Of a DNA stretch of 64,000 nucleotides, positions 1 through 9,900 are shown piece by piece (position 1 is the first letter of the stretch; each line of letters starts with the position of its first letter). This DNA comes from Acidobacteriota bacterium (lineage in GTDB: Bacteria > Acidobacteriota > UBA6911 > RPQK01 > JAJDTT01): assembly GCA_965263035.1 (NCBI GenBank), contig OZ253580.1, positions 3,008,001 through 3,072,000 of the forward strand, written 5' to 3'. Made by a program: the position numbers and the translations under genes. A model generated the notes under the pieces. The model was not told the origin of the DNA. It made no database searches and worked only from the letters and a program-made list of their open reading frames with translations.

Positions 1-1141
1 CGCTCAGCTCCGCGGAGACGGTGTAGACGCCTTCTTCCAGTCCGGTGGAGTCGAATCGGGCCGAATCGGGCTGCAGCGATACGGCGCCCCCGCTGGCAAT
101 CCAGGCAATACTCAGGACGTCGTCGTCAGGATCTATGGCGTGGACCTGTATTTTGGCCGATTCCCCTGACTTCACCGTCTGGCGAAACGGACGGCAGCGG
201 ATGACGGGAGGGCGGTTGATCTTTCTCTGGATGACCAACTGGGCCGTCCATCCGTGTCTTCCGGCGTCCGAAATCCCGAGCTGGTCAGGACTTGCGTGGT
301 TGAGATTCAGACTGTACCCGGCCGAGAGTTGGAACCAGCGTCGAGCAAGGAGTCTCATCCCGAGGTGCAGTTCAAGAGGTGTCTCGAACCCGGAACCGCC
401 GAAGCGGGTGCCGAACAACTCGGCGACGAGGGTGGTCTCACGACCCAGTGGGAAGTCCAGACCCACGCCGTAGTCGAACTGGTGTCCGGGGATCGATTCC
501 GGTCCGTCGCCGGAGTAGAGGAAGCCTCCGTTGACGGTGAGTCTCACGGATGTGGAGACCTGACGCGAGATGAGAACATCCAGTCCCAAGCCCGGTCCCG
601 CCGGGGTCAATTCGGGGAAGGCGGATGGGAATCCGGCCGAAGTGGAGATTCGCATCTTGGGCTGGAGAGCGAGTCCTACGGGATGCCCATGGCTGGGCGA
701 CCACAGATTCAGCTTCAGTCCGGCCCACAGGTCCCCGGAATCCGCCGCGGACGAAAGGTCCGGATGGGCGGAACGGTTGAACAGGGTCGAGTTGCCGCCG
801 GGGAGCCGGCTTTCGGCGAGGATCCCCATCGAATTCGAGCGCAGCCACTTCCGAGCCTTCCAGGAGAGGAAGCTCTCCAGGTAGTCGCGGAGTCCCAACG
901 TGAAGGAGACGGGAAACCGGGTGATTCGGGCTTGCCCGGCCACCCCGTGGAACCGGGCGTGATGGAGTCCGAAGCTGAACTCACCGGTTCGCAGGGTCTC
1001 GGGGGTAGCCAGGTTGAAGAGTCCGGTCGACCCCTTCCAACTGGGACGCAACTGCTTGATTCTGTTGCGTTCGGTGGCATCTACGGTATCGGGAAGCAGG
1101 ATCACGAAGCCCAAGGCTGCCAGCATGACGCGTCTATCCAT
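1..1141 (-). CDS. Exported/outer-membrane protein with Ig/PKD-like domain, possibly OmpA family (runs off window edge)
   Basis: Manual translation from ATG 1141: MDRRVMLAALGFVILLP signal-like start, beta-rich middle, then NRPPVIRC...AIDPDDDVLSIAW...FDSTGLEEGVYTV. Frame stays open to position 1; not in the ORF track because no stop falls in the window. Confidence 0.65.
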   Translation of the reverse strand, partial: MDRRVMLAALGFVILLPDTVDATERNRIKQLRPSWKGSTGLFNLATPETLRTGEFSFGLHHARFHGVAGQARITRFPVSFTLGLRDYLESFLSWKARKWLRSNSMGILAESRLPGGNSTLFNRSAHPDLSSAADSGDLWAGLKLNLWSPSHGHPVGLALQPKMRISTSAGFPSAFPELTPAGPGLGLDVLISRQVSTSVRLTVNGGFLYSGDGPESIPGHQFDYGVGLDFPLGRETTLVAELFGTRFGGSGFETPLELHLGMRLLARRWFQLSAGYSLNLNHASPDQLGISDAGRHGWTAQLVIQRKINRPPVIRCRPFRQTVKSGESAKIQVHAIDPDDDVLSIAWIASGGAVSLQPDSARFDSTGLEEGVYTVSAELS

Positions 1142-1233
1142 GCCTGCAACAGTCGATCGGCACGCCTCCCAGGCGCTCCGGAATCGGTGGGGCCGACGAG
1201 TAGGCCGCGAATTCCGGTGAGAATTTGGGGTTA

Positions 1234-1394
1234 GGAGCCTGCGCCGCAGAAATTGAGCTACTGCGAAAGCGGTAGAATCGGTCCATATTTCCCCGATTTC
1301 TCGGCGAATAGAACAACTATGCACCTCCAAATCGAGAAAATCCGGCCTCGATTCCCCACTTTCTCGCTACGATCATTTCTACCGCGCAGACTCC
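1234..1394 (+). mobile_element. 161-bp MITE-like element, copy 1
   Basis: Imperfect terminal inverted repeats GGAGCCTGCGCCGCAGAAAT / ATTTCTACCGCGCAGACTCC; near-identical to copies at 19305, 29483 and 54714. Confidence 0.9.
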
Positions 1395-1567
1395 TGGATC
1401 CCGGCATCCTCCTGCCCGCCGTCTCCGTTGACTTTGTAATCGTTCATGTCGGCGTAATCGTCGAAGTAATCCGCTTCCTCTTCGTAGTCTTCAAAGTCGT
1501 CGTATTCGTCCTCGTCCTCGAACTCGTCGTACAGATCGTCTTCCTGTGCCAAGATGCTTGCAGTCAT
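1379..1567 (-). CDS. Small, highly acidic protein (62 aa)
   Basis: GGAG RBS before ATG 1567; 26 of 62 residues are D/E; last codons and stop lie inside MITE copy 1. Confidence 0.55.
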   Translation of the reverse strand: MTASILAQEDDLYDEFEDEDEYDDFEDYEEEADYFDDYADMNDYKVNGDGGQEDAGIQESAR

Positions 1568-1812
1568 CGATTTTGTCTCCAGCGCGATTATCCGCCGCCC
1601 GACCAACCCAGTTCAACCACTCGAATGGGCAGAGTGGAGAGTGGAAAGAGGAAAGCTCTTCCACCGGCAAGGGTCCGGCGCAGTCCGGACAGAAACGCGA
1701 TTCGCGTGGGAGCGACGGTTTCCAACCGCCGAACTCCGGTGGAGCCCGGGGACGAGGAGGTACGGGGGAAAGGAATCTCCCCTTTCCTATTCCGTAGTAG
1801 AGTGGTTTTGAA

Positions 1813-2496
1813 GTGAGGTCTCTGGGCGCGCTTTTGGAAGTGGTTGCAGTGGCTGTGGGCGGCTTGGTCCTGGCGCCGGCCGGGGTCAGGCTGCTGGGCC
1901 TGTCAGCTCAGGACGTCTATGGAGACGTGTCTCATCTCGTCCTCTATCTGACGTTGGAGTCGTCGCTGACGCTGGGCATCATTCTGATCCTGTTGTGGGC
2001 GGGAGGCCGGCGTCTCCGAGACCTGGGGTGGGCCAAACAGGGCTGGTGGAGGGAGTCGTTTGCCGGGGTGTCCGTCGTGCCGCTCCTCTTCGGCGCCACG
2101 ATTCTGGTGGGGTTTCTCTTCCGGATCTTGCTGCCGGAATATGTCTCGGAAACGAATCCGCTGCTGGAGATGATCCGGGACGGGACCGACCTGGGGTTGC
2201 TGCTGTTCAGCAGCGTCTTTGTCGGCGGGATCAAGGAAGAGGTTCAGAGAGCCTTCATTCTGGTCCACTTCCGAAACCACCTCGGAGGCGCGGTTCCGGG
2301 ATTGATCCTCTGGAGCGCGTTCTTCGGCGCGGGGCATTCCTTCCAAGGCGTCGATTTTGCCGTGGCCGCGGGTGTCCTGGGGCTGCTCTTCGGTCTCCTC
2401 TATCTGTGGAGAGGACATCTGGCGGCGCCCGTCGCGGCCCATGCCCTCTATGACGTGGTCACCCTCTTGATCTTCTGGGGATTGCTCCGCGCCTGA
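1813..2496 (+). CDS. CPBP/CAAX-family intramembrane metalloprotease
   Basis: Multiple hydrophobic segments; EEVQR, FGAGH and AHALYD motifs. Confidence 0.85.
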   Translation: MRSLGALLEVVAVAVGGLVLAPAGVRLLGLSAQDVYGDVSHLVLYLTLESSLTLGIILILLWAGGRRLRDLGWAKQGWWRESFAGVSVVPLLFGATILVGFLFRILLPEYVSETNPLLEMIRDGTDLGLLLFSSVFVGGIKEEVQRAFILVHFRNHLGGAVPGLILWSAFFGAGHSFQGVDFAVAAGVLGLLFGLLYLWRGHLAAPVAAHALYDVVTLLIFWGLLRA

Positions 2497-3286
2497 TCGA
2501 GTTCTGGAGCAGGTCCAGTTCGGCGAGAGCCAACTGTGCGGCCTTCTGTTCGGCCCGTTTCTTCGACGTGCCCTGGGCTCGGGCCAAGACCCGGTTCAGA
2601 CCTCGCACCTCGATCAGGAAGGTCTTGGAATGCTGCGGACCCGACTCCCGGATCACCTTGTAGCTCGGTTCTCGTCCTCCCAGCACATGCAAGCGCTCCT
2701 GGAGCCGGGATTTGTAGTTTCCCAACTCAAGTTCGTCACGGTCATCCTGTTTCAGATGATCTCGAAACTGGTTCAGAATGAAGGATCGGGCCGCCCCCAT
2801 ACCGCCATCCAGATAAATGGCGGCGATGACACTTTCGAAGGCGTCAGCCAGGATGGTCTTTCGACTTCGCCCTCCTGTCTTCTCTTCGTTGTCGCTCAGC
2901 CTGAGATACCGCCCCAGACCCAAGCGTCCGGACAGGTCGGCCAACTCGGACCTGGAGACGAGAAAGGAACGGGTCTTGGAGAGCTCTCCTTCGGATCGAT
3001 CCGGGTTGGCGAGGTACAGGGACTCACTGATGATCAGTTCCAGAACCGAGTCCCCGAGAAACTCGAGAGACTCGTAGTGTTGTCCCGGCGTTTCAGCTTC
3101 GTGAGCGAAAGATCGGTGGGTGAGAGCCCGCTCCAGAACACGTATCCGGCGAAACCGGTGACCCAGGCGGCCCTCCAGACTCTTGAGATCTCTTCGGCGG
3201 GGGTCCGACGGAAGGCGGCAATGAGATCGAACTTGGGCCCGGAAGCGGGCCAACAGCCCGGACCATGAAAGTAAGTGTCTTTTCAA
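2459..3286 (-). CDS. rnc: Ribonuclease III
   Basis: ALTHRS, ESLEFLGDSVL, ADAFES, C-terminal dsRBD (YKSRLQE...SKKRAEQKAA); start uncertain. Confidence 0.95.
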   Translation of the reverse strand: MKRHLLSWSGLLARFRAQVRSHCRLPSDPRRRDLKSLEGRLGHRFRRIRVLERALTHRSFAHEAETPGQHYESLEFLGDSVLELIISESLYLANPDRSEGELSKTRSFLVSRSELADLSGRLGLGRYLRLSDNEEKTGGRSRKTILADAFESVIAAIYLDGGMGAARSFILNQFRDHLKQDDRDELELGNYKSRLQERLHVLGGREPSYKVIRESGPQHSKTFLIEVRGLNRVLARAQGTSKKRAEQKAAQLALAELDLLQNSIRRGAIPRRSRG

Positions 3287-3340
3287 GTACCGACCCGGGA
3301 CGCAGTTTCCGTCTTCTGTCTGGAATGAACCGAAATGGTG

Positions 3341-4318
3341 TCAGGGAGTTTGTGTCTGAGGGGTCTCTCCCGCTTCCGGAAGAATGAACTGCTGCATCTC
3401 CTGATTCTGGAGTTCTTGCAGCGCCGCTTCCCTGGCGGCCTTTTGCTGCGTCAGGTACTCACGCTGCTGTTCGACGAGTTCCTCGATGCCGTCCGTCTTC
3501 TTGTGAACGAAGGTGTAGAGCTGATCGAGCTGCTCCCGTGCGATCTCAGCCGTCATTCCCCCGATGGCAGCCGCGCGGGCATAGGCTTCGAGGGCCTTCT
3601 CCGCATTCCGCTTTCCGAGGTAAGCACGCCCCATGCGCAGATAGGCTCGATCGTGGTCCGGTTCCAGTTCGATCACTTTGGAGAAATGTTCGACGCAACT
3701 GTCCAGGTGCTGGGCTTTCGTCGGGCCGCTTTTCATGGACAGGTGCAGATTCGCCAGTCCCAGGGCGTAGTGGGCATCCGCCACCAGGCGCTCTTTCTGG
3801 CGAGTCCATTCCACCAGGCTCAGTTGTCCGGGCCGTTCTGCCGCCGTGGCGCCATCCAGTCCCTGTTGAGCCTTGGCCAAGGCCTTCTGCACCTCGGACC
3901 TTTCGGCGTATCCCACGGCCAGTTCGATCAGGAGGACGTAACTGGAGGGTAGCTCCGCGATCGCCTTCTCCCCGTGATCCACGAACCTCTCGTACTCATT
4001 CTGCTGTTGGAAGAAGAGAGCCAAAAGCTGGTGGGCCAGCGGCGTCAGACCACTCTTCGGATGATTCTCCAGGAAGTCCATGGCCAGTTCGGCCTTCTGC
4101 TGCAGTTCTTCGGTCTGATCGATGGCCGTCCAGGCGTCGTACTCTTCCTTGGTCTGGGCTTGTCCCACGACCCGGACTACCTCGGGTGGAGCCACCAGGG
4201 GTTCTTCTTTTTCGTCCAGGAGGAACCCTTCGTCTTGCTGTCCCGTGTTCTGAGCGGCGGCCCAGTCCCAGGTGGAGGACAGGCTTAGGAGAGCAACAGT
4301 GGCGAGAACCTGTTTCAT
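3341..4318 (-). CDS. Secreted TPR-repeat protein
   Basis: Signal peptide; TPR-like helices (AHYALG, AYLRMG). Confidence 0.75.
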   Translation of the reverse strand: MKQVLATVALLSLSSTWDWAAAQNTGQQDEGFLLDEKEEPLVAPPEVVRVVGQAQTKEEYDAWTAIDQTEELQQKAELAMDFLENHPKSGLTPLAHQLLALFFQQQNEYERFVDHGEKAIAELPSSYVLLIELAVGYAERSEVQKALAKAQQGLDGATAAERPGQLSLVEWTRQKERLVADAHYALGLANLHLSMKSGPTKAQHLDSCVEHFSKVIELEPDHDRAYLRMGRAYLGKRNAEKALEAYARAAAIGGMTAEIAREQLDQLYTFVHKKTDGIEELVEQQREYLTQQKAAREAALQELQNQEMQQFILPEAGETPQTQTP

Positions 4319-4410
4319 TCTTTTTCTCCGATTTCCATGAAAAAAAGACCGCCTCGATCAGGAGACTGGACAACGGCCATTGTGGCACAAAAGGTTGGCG
4401 AAATCACGGA

Positions 4411-4460
4411 AGAGTGAGGAGTGAGGAACGAGGAAATAGAAAAGAGGAAATGGAAAAGAA
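4411..4460 (+). repeat. Degenerate purine-rich heptamer tandem repeats
   Basis: GAGTGAG GAGTGAG GAACGAG GAAATAG AAAAGAG; related tracts near 1632-1655 and 6246-6276, complementary tracts near 4630-4662 and 23100-23138. Confidence 0.6.
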
Positions 4461-4629
4461 TGAAGACAGGCAGGTAGTTTACGCGTAGCGGTGCGTAGAA
4501 CGGAGAATGGTCTCGTCAAGGAGATCTGAGCCAAATAGACTCGCTGTCCTGTTCCTCCCCTGACTACGCCGGGCTCTGGCCGGTGGGTGAGCCACCAACA
4601 GATTTACCCCTGCATCTCCTCGTCTTTCT

Positions 4630-6216
4630 CTACTCTTTCCTCGTTCCTCTTTTCTCTTTCCTTTCCGGACCCAGGGCTTCGATCAGCTCGGCCGCCTCTT
4701 TCCCGGCCCCCTTCAGATCTCCTTCCAGACCCAGGATCTGCTGAAAGTGTTTTCTGGCTTCGGCCATGGACCCCTGGGAGGCCAGGATGCGGCCCATGCG
4801 GACAAGGGACAAGCCCCGGACCCACACGGGGGCGTTCGAATTGGAGACTCTCTCGTAGTAGACGAACGCCCGCTTCAAGTCTCCCGTCTGAGACGAAACC
4901 TGAGCCATGTAGAAGAGGCCGTTGGTGTTGCCGGGATCTTCCCGGAGGAGCTCTTCCAGGCGTTGCCCGGCCTCTTGAAACTGCTTCTGAGCCATCAGTT
5001 TTCCGGCCTCGTTGAGGAGCAAAATGATGCGGTTCTTCCGCTCCACCCGCTGCCGGTCGCGTGCTTGGGCTTCCTGAAGCTTGCTCTCTTCTTCCGCCAG
5101 CGATTCCTCCATGGCCGCGATGGCGGATTCCGCCTCCTTCAGGCTGTCCTCGCCCAGGTCCTGGAGGAGCAGTTCGGCGTAAGCCGGAAAAGAAAGCAGC
5201 CCGCTGCTCTCATATTCGACCAGATGCCGGTAAAAGGATGGGAGGGCCACCAGGCCCCGTCGAAAAAACCCGACGATCTTCCGCTTGGGGTCGTCGGGCG
5301 GGTGCATCCTCAGGATCAGGCTTTCGATCATCGACTCGGCCAGGATGAGCAAAATCCGGTCCTGGTACTCGGGCTTCAATTGGGGCTGTTTGTTGGCCAG
5401 CCGCAAGAGGTTCGCGTCCTCGTCCATCCGGGCCACGTACTTCTCGATCAGAGGATCGATGAGGACGTGGAGGTACTCGTGCTGGAGAGCGACGTAATTC
5501 TCCGCAGGGTCGTCCGCGGGCCCCACGATGACGTAGTAGACCCGTTCCAGATTCCGTGCATTCACGGTGTCCTTGGCATTGAGGAGGTCCGGAATGAAGA
5601 TGATGGTTCGATCCAGGACTCTGCGGGGACCGATTCGGAAGTAGCGGAGCGTCTGATGGATCAAATTCTCGAGCACGGGACGGTAACGTTCGACTTCGAG
5701 TTCATAGCGCTTTATGTAGCCGGACCAAAGCTCGGCGACGCGGGCGGGAGCATAGAGTTCCCGCACCAAGTCGGCGAAGCCTCGCAAGGGGAGGATGCCT
5801 GCCGGAAGGTGGTCGGTCTCTTCCGGGAAGGTCAGGTCCGCGACGTCCGACAGGAGAAGCGCCAGGGAGATGTAGTCGGCGCTCTCTCGACCCTCGTCCC
5901 GGTATCGGCGGTGGGATTCGTAGTACGTCTTCAGACGAAGAATCAGATCCGGATCGACTCCCTCCAGCTGCTGCCGGACGGCCTGGCGCTCCGGCGAGAG
6001 CGTTTTCCCGGCTCTCTCGTAGTCGAATCCGGCGGCGTTGAGCGCGGTCATGACGGCGAACACGCGCGCGTCGTTCTTGAACGTGATGTTGACCAGATCT
6101 TCCAGCGCGGGCTGCGAATCTTCCAGTGCCGGTTGCGGATCCTCCGCAGGGGTCTCCTCACACCTGCCCGGTGTCGAAAACAACAAAAAGAAGGCGAGAC
6201 AGCGGATTGGCATCAT
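4630..6216 (-). CDS. Exported protein with HExxH motif and C-terminal TPRs
   Basis: Signal peptide, LQHEYLHVL motif, C-terminal TPR helices. Confidence 0.75.
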   Translation of the reverse strand: MMPIRCLAFFLLFSTPGRCEETPAEDPQPALEDSQPALEDLVNITFKNDARVFAVMTALNAAGFDYERAGKTLSPERQAVRQQLEGVDPDLILRLKTYYESHRRYRDEGRESADYISLALLLSDVADLTFPEETDHLPAGILPLRGFADLVRELYAPARVAELWSGYIKRYELEVERYRPVLENLIHQTLRYFRIGPRRVLDRTIIFIPDLLNAKDTVNARNLERVYYVIVGPADDPAENYVALQHEYLHVLIDPLIEKYVARMDEDANLLRLANKQPQLKPEYQDRILLILAESMIESLILRMHPPDDPKRKIVGFFRRGLVALPSFYRHLVEYESSGLLSFPAYAELLLQDLGEDSLKEAESAIAAMEESLAEEESKLQEAQARDRQRVERKNRIILLLNEAGKLMAQKQFQEAGQRLEELLREDPGNTNGLFYMAQVSSQTGDLKRAFVYYERVSNSNAPVWVRGLSLVRMGRILASQGSMAEARKHFQQILGLEGDLKGAGKEAAELIEALGPERKEKRGTRKE

Positions 6217-6286
6217 CGTCCGAGACCATCGTAATGCAGAATTCGAGGAACGAGAAGTGAGGAACGAGGAGTGAGAGCGGAGTGGG

Positions 6287-7276
6287 TTAGCCGAAGTGGT
6301 CGAAACCGATGAACGGACCCGCCTCGGCGCCGCCGTCCGCGCCTGGCTCGCGGAGTGATCCGAGCTGCCGCCATTCGGGCAGGTGCCCCGGATACTCGGT
6401 TCGAAGGCGCTCCAGCCGGTTGCCGGGAATCGCGGCCAGGAGAGCGTAGTCCTCTCCGCCGGCCAGGGCGGTTTCTCTGGTGATGTGGGCGGTCAACCTG
6501 GGTTCAAGTGAGATCCGGGGACCGGGCTCGTAGCTTAGGCGGCTGTCGCCGGCCAAGCGCTGGAGGTCGATGCTCAATCCGTCGCTCACGTCGATCATGG
6601 CGCTGGCAAAGCCGTTGCGGCGAAGCCAATCTCCCGCCTGAATCTGCGGAGTCGGAAGGAAATGGGCTTTCAGGCAGCGCCAGCGGAAGGGATCGCCGGC
6701 CCAGGCGGCCAACTCCTCCTCTTTCCGGAGGGACGACAGTTCCGTCGGGTCTTCGCGCTCCAGGAGATTCAAACCGGCCGCGGAGAGGCCGACGTCTCCC
6801 ACCAGAACGACGGCGTCGCCCTCGGCGGCCGTGGACCGGTACACGGGTTCTCCAGCTTCCAGGTGGCCCCAGATGGTGACGCCGACGTGGACCGAGGAAC
6901 CCCGGGAAAGGTCTCCTCCCACCAGAGGGGTTTTCCACCGCCGCGCCTCCTCCAGAAAGCCGTCCATGAACGAACGGAAAAAGCCGCCGGTGAGATCGGG
7001 GGGAAGAGTCAGGGTGAGTAGACAGGCGGACGGCAGGGCCCCCATGGCCGCCAGGTCGCTCAGATTGACCAGCAGCGCCTTGCGCCCCAGGAAGTAGGGA
7101 TGCATCCACCGCCGCCGGAAGTGAACTCCTTCCACCAGGACGTCGGTGCTCACCACCAGCCGGGATTGCAGTGTGGGATCCAAAACGGCGCAATCGTCTC
7201 CCACGCCCTTGAGAACGAAGGGAGACTTATCCTGTTTCTGATTCCGTAACCAACGGATCAACTCAGATTCGGTCAT
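6287..7276 (-). CDS. thiL: Thiamine-monophosphate kinase
   Basis: GVGDDCA, VNLSDLAAMG, GGD, IDVSDG and GGEDY motifs. Confidence 0.95.
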   Translation of the reverse strand: MTESELIRWLRNQKQDKSPFVLKGVGDDCAVLDPTLQSRLVVSTDVLVEGVHFRRRWMHPYFLGRKALLVNLSDLAAMGALPSACLLTLTLPPDLTGGFFRSFMDGFLEEARRWKTPLVGGDLSRGSSVHVGVTIWGHLEAGEPVYRSTAAEGDAVVLVGDVGLSAAGLNLLEREDPTELSSLRKEEELAAWAGDPFRWRCLKAHFLPTPQIQAGDWLRRNGFASAMIDVSDGLSIDLQRLAGDSRLSYEPGPRISLEPRLTAHITRETALAGGEDYALLAAIPGNRLERLRTEYPGHLPEWRQLGSLREPGADGGAEAGPFIGFDHFG

Positions 7277-7618
7277 GTTTCCAAACCACAGTCTCTTGCC
7301 GTCCCAAATGGCGGAGTTGGAAATATATTAGTTCCTTGCTCCCAACATTTTGTGCAAGTGGGCGAAAAAATATTGGTTCCGTCTATGCCGGGATGCAGAC
7401 TCGGTCGAATGCCGCGACGACTTTTGCCACGGGCTGTTATGGTCCCCACTACATCCTCCCATCCACCCGCCAGCGACTGTCCGCCCGGATGCCGTGAACT
7501 TTCAAGGCCTATGACGCCGGTGTTCAGACGGCGTAGAAGTTCTGGTTCCGGTTATGCTGGGTTGGGAGGGCCCCCGGTAGTCTCGAGATCATCTGGCAGG
7601 TGGAGGAAATGAAAGGCC

Positions 7619-8305
7619 ATGGGTGAATGTGTCGTTGCCTGTGCCATGAAGAAGGAGTCCAAGATCCTCCAGGAGCGGCTGGGGACCAGGTGCACTCACT
7701 TGGTGACCGGCCTGGGAATGAACCGGACGCGAGCCACTCTTGAATCCTACTTCCGGACGCAGCGGCCCTCGATACTGGTCTTTACCGGCACCGCCGGGCA
7801 GCTGGATCCCGGGTTGAAGATGGGCGACGTCGTCTTCCCGAGACGTTGGTGCCTGCAAACTGGAGGATGCTTCGAATCAGATCCGGCATTGGTGGACTTC
7901 CTCAGGAATCATCGAGTGCGAATCTCCGGCGCCGGAGTCACGGTCCGGGTTCCGGTCATCAAGAAGCAGGATCGGGAACGCTTGTACCGGAGTCAGGGTG
8001 CTTCCATCTGCGACATGGAGAGTGCCGCCGTCCTGGAGACGGCCCTGAGCCACGGAGTGCCCGCAGTGGCTCCCAAAGTCATTTCCGACACGGCGGAGAC
8101 GGGAATCCTGGGATTCCGGAGGGAATTCGAAGCCAACCTGATCCGGCTGAGCCACTATCTGGAAGGCCTGCTCCGGATCGGAGCCGAGTTCAAGCCCGAG
8201 GCCGGCGGAGATGGAAGAAGGTTTCCCGATTCCCCTTCCGGCCTCGGACCGGGGAGGGATACTCCGCCTTCAGTTGATATTCGGAGGAGGAAACGAAGTC
8301 CTTGA
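7619..8305 (+). CDS. Nucleoside phosphorylase / MTA-SAH nucleosidase-like (PNP_UDP_1)
   Basis: TGLG, FTGTAGQL, CDMESAAV and KVISD motifs. Confidence 0.8.
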   Translation: MGECVVACAMKKESKILQERLGTRCTHLVTGLGMNRTRATLESYFRTQRPSILVFTGTAGQLDPGLKMGDVVFPRRWCLQTGGCFESDPALVDFLRNHRVRISGAGVTVRVPVIKKQDRERLYRSQGASICDMESAAVLETALSHGVPAVAPKVISDTAETGILGFRREFEANLIRLSHYLEGLLRIGAEFKPEAGGDGRRFPDSPSGLGPGRDTPPSVDIRRRKRSP

Positions 8306-8927
8306 AGCGGCTCAGGATCTCGCGCCGTTTCTCCGGACTCCGGATCACGCCCCCCGCCTCGACTTCGCCTTGGAAAGCTTCGAACTGGGGCTTGACCAGA
8401 AGCAGGAGCTCCAGTTCCCGAAAAAGCTCCAGGCGGGGGAGAATGAGGCGGAGTGAGATGAAGGACAGGTCTGCCGTTGCCAGTTCCGGCGATCGAGGCA
8501 GATGGCCGGGGGACAGGAAGCGAGCGTTGATTCCTTCCAGGACCACCACCCGGGGATCCTGCCTCAGCTTCCAGTCCAGCTGGCCTTTGCCCACGTCCAG
8601 GGCGAACACCTCCCGGGCTCCGTGCTGGAGCAGGCAGTCGGTAAACCCGCCCGTTGAGGCGCCCACGTCCAGGCAGACCCGGTTCCGGACCCGGATCTGA
8701 AGCGCGGCCAGCGCGGCCTCCAACTTGAAGCCGCCCCGGGACGCGTAACGGGGTGGAGCATTCCGCAGCTGGATCCGTTCTCCGGCCGCCACGAGCGTCC
8801 CGGGTTTGTCCAGGCGCCGCTGGTCCAGGAAGACCCGCCCGCTCAGGATCAACGCTCCGGCCGTTCTGACGTCGGGCGCCATGCCTCTGGACACCAGTAA
8901 CCTGTCGAGCCGGATCTTTTTCGTCAT
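8190..8927 (-). CDS. tlyA: TlyA-family rRNA methyltransferase
   Basis: S4-like RLDRLL, YASRGGFKL, LDVGASTGGFTD, LVKPQFE. Confidence 0.93.
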   Translation of the reverse strand: MTKKIRLDRLLVSRGMAPDVRTAGALILSGRVFLDQRRLDKPGTLVAAGERIQLRNAPPRYASRGGFKLEAALAALQIRVRNRVCLDVGASTGGFTDCLLQHGAREVFALDVGKGQLDWKLRQDPRVVVLEGINARFLSPGHLPRSPELATADLSFISLRLILPRLELFRELELLLLVKPQFEAFQGEVEAGGVIRSPEKRREILSRFKDFVSSSEYQLKAEYPSPVRGRKGNRETFFHLRRPRA

Positions 8928-8973
8928 GCGCTGGGCGACCCGGTGGCAAATGTGAGTTTGACCCAAGTCGGTG

Positions 8974-9900
8974 TCAATAGCGCCGGCTTGAGATGAAGGC
9001 GGCGATTCCCACCAGCATCCTGGCCCTGGAGCCCAGGAAGGAGATTTCCTGCGTTGCCTGACGCATCAGCTGATCCGCAATCTCATGGCTCCGGGAGACC
9101 CCCAGCAGGGCGGGGTAGGTGGCCTTCTCCAACAGGACATCCTTTTGGGAGCCCTTCCCCAATTCCTTTCGGGAGCCTTCCACGTCCAGCAGGTCGTCCA
9201 CGATCTGGAAGCAGAGGCCGATGTGCCGGGCGTAGGCGCTCAAACTCTGACGGGCGCTTCTGGGGGCCATGCACAGGAGGGCGGCAGTGGACACGGAGGC
9301 CTCGATCAGGGCTCCGGTCTTGCAGGAGTGGATGTACCGGACCTCCCTTTCCGTGTAGCTCTTGCCCTGTGAGGCCAGATCCATGATCTGGCCGCCGATC
9401 AGACCGGTGGAGGTGCCGATGGCGCGGCACAGATGGGTGATGATCCGAAGCTTTACGGAATCCGGAACTGCTGCTCCCGGCATCTCCGCCAAGAGCTGGA
9501 AGGCCAGGTTCATCAAGCCGTTTCCGGCCAGAATCGCGATGCCTTCCCCGAACTTCCTGTGGGCCGTCGGTACCCCCCGTCGGTAATCGTCGTCGTCCAT
9601 GGCCGGAAGGTCGTCGTGGATCAGGGAGTAGGTGTGGATCAACTCCAGCGCGCAGGCCAGTTGCAACGAAGTTTCTTCGTCCCCGTCCAAGGCTTCCGTT
9701 GTGGCCAGGGCGAGAGCCGGGCGAACCCGCTTGCCCCCGGCGAAGAGGCTGTAGCGCATGGCTTCGTGAACGACCTCGGGATAGGTGTCCGCAGGCGGCA
9801 CCAGGATCTCCAACTGGTCGTCGACCCTTCGCTGCTGCTGCCGGAGATAGGTCTTGACCTCCGCCGAGTCCGCCTCCGCTGGCACCGGGCGCCGCATCAC
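8974..9900 (-). CDS. ispA: Polyprenyl (farnesyl/geranylgeranyl) diphosphate synthase
   Basis: GGKRVRP, IHDDLPAMDDDDYRRG, FQIVDDLLD; follows xseB. Confidence 0.93.
   Translation of the reverse strand: MMRRPVPAEADSAEVKTYLRQQQRRVDDQLEILVPPADTYPEVVHEAMRYSLFAGGKRVRPALALATTEALDGDEETSLQLACALELIHTYSLIHDDLPAMDDDDYRRGVPTAHRKFGEGIAILAGNGLMNLAFQLLAEMPGAAVPDSVKLRIITHLCRAIGTSTGLIGGQIMDLASQGKSYTEREVRYIHSCKTGALIEASVSTAALLCMAPRSARQSLSAYARHIGLCFQIVDDLLDVEGSRKELGKGSQKDVLLEKATYPALLGVSRSHEIADQLMRQATQEISFLGSRARMLVGIAAFISSRRY

Noticed and set aside
7277-7618. TPP riboswitch upstream of thiL
   Set aside because: No CUGAGA or AUAAUGC...GGGA-type core recognised on the thiL strand.
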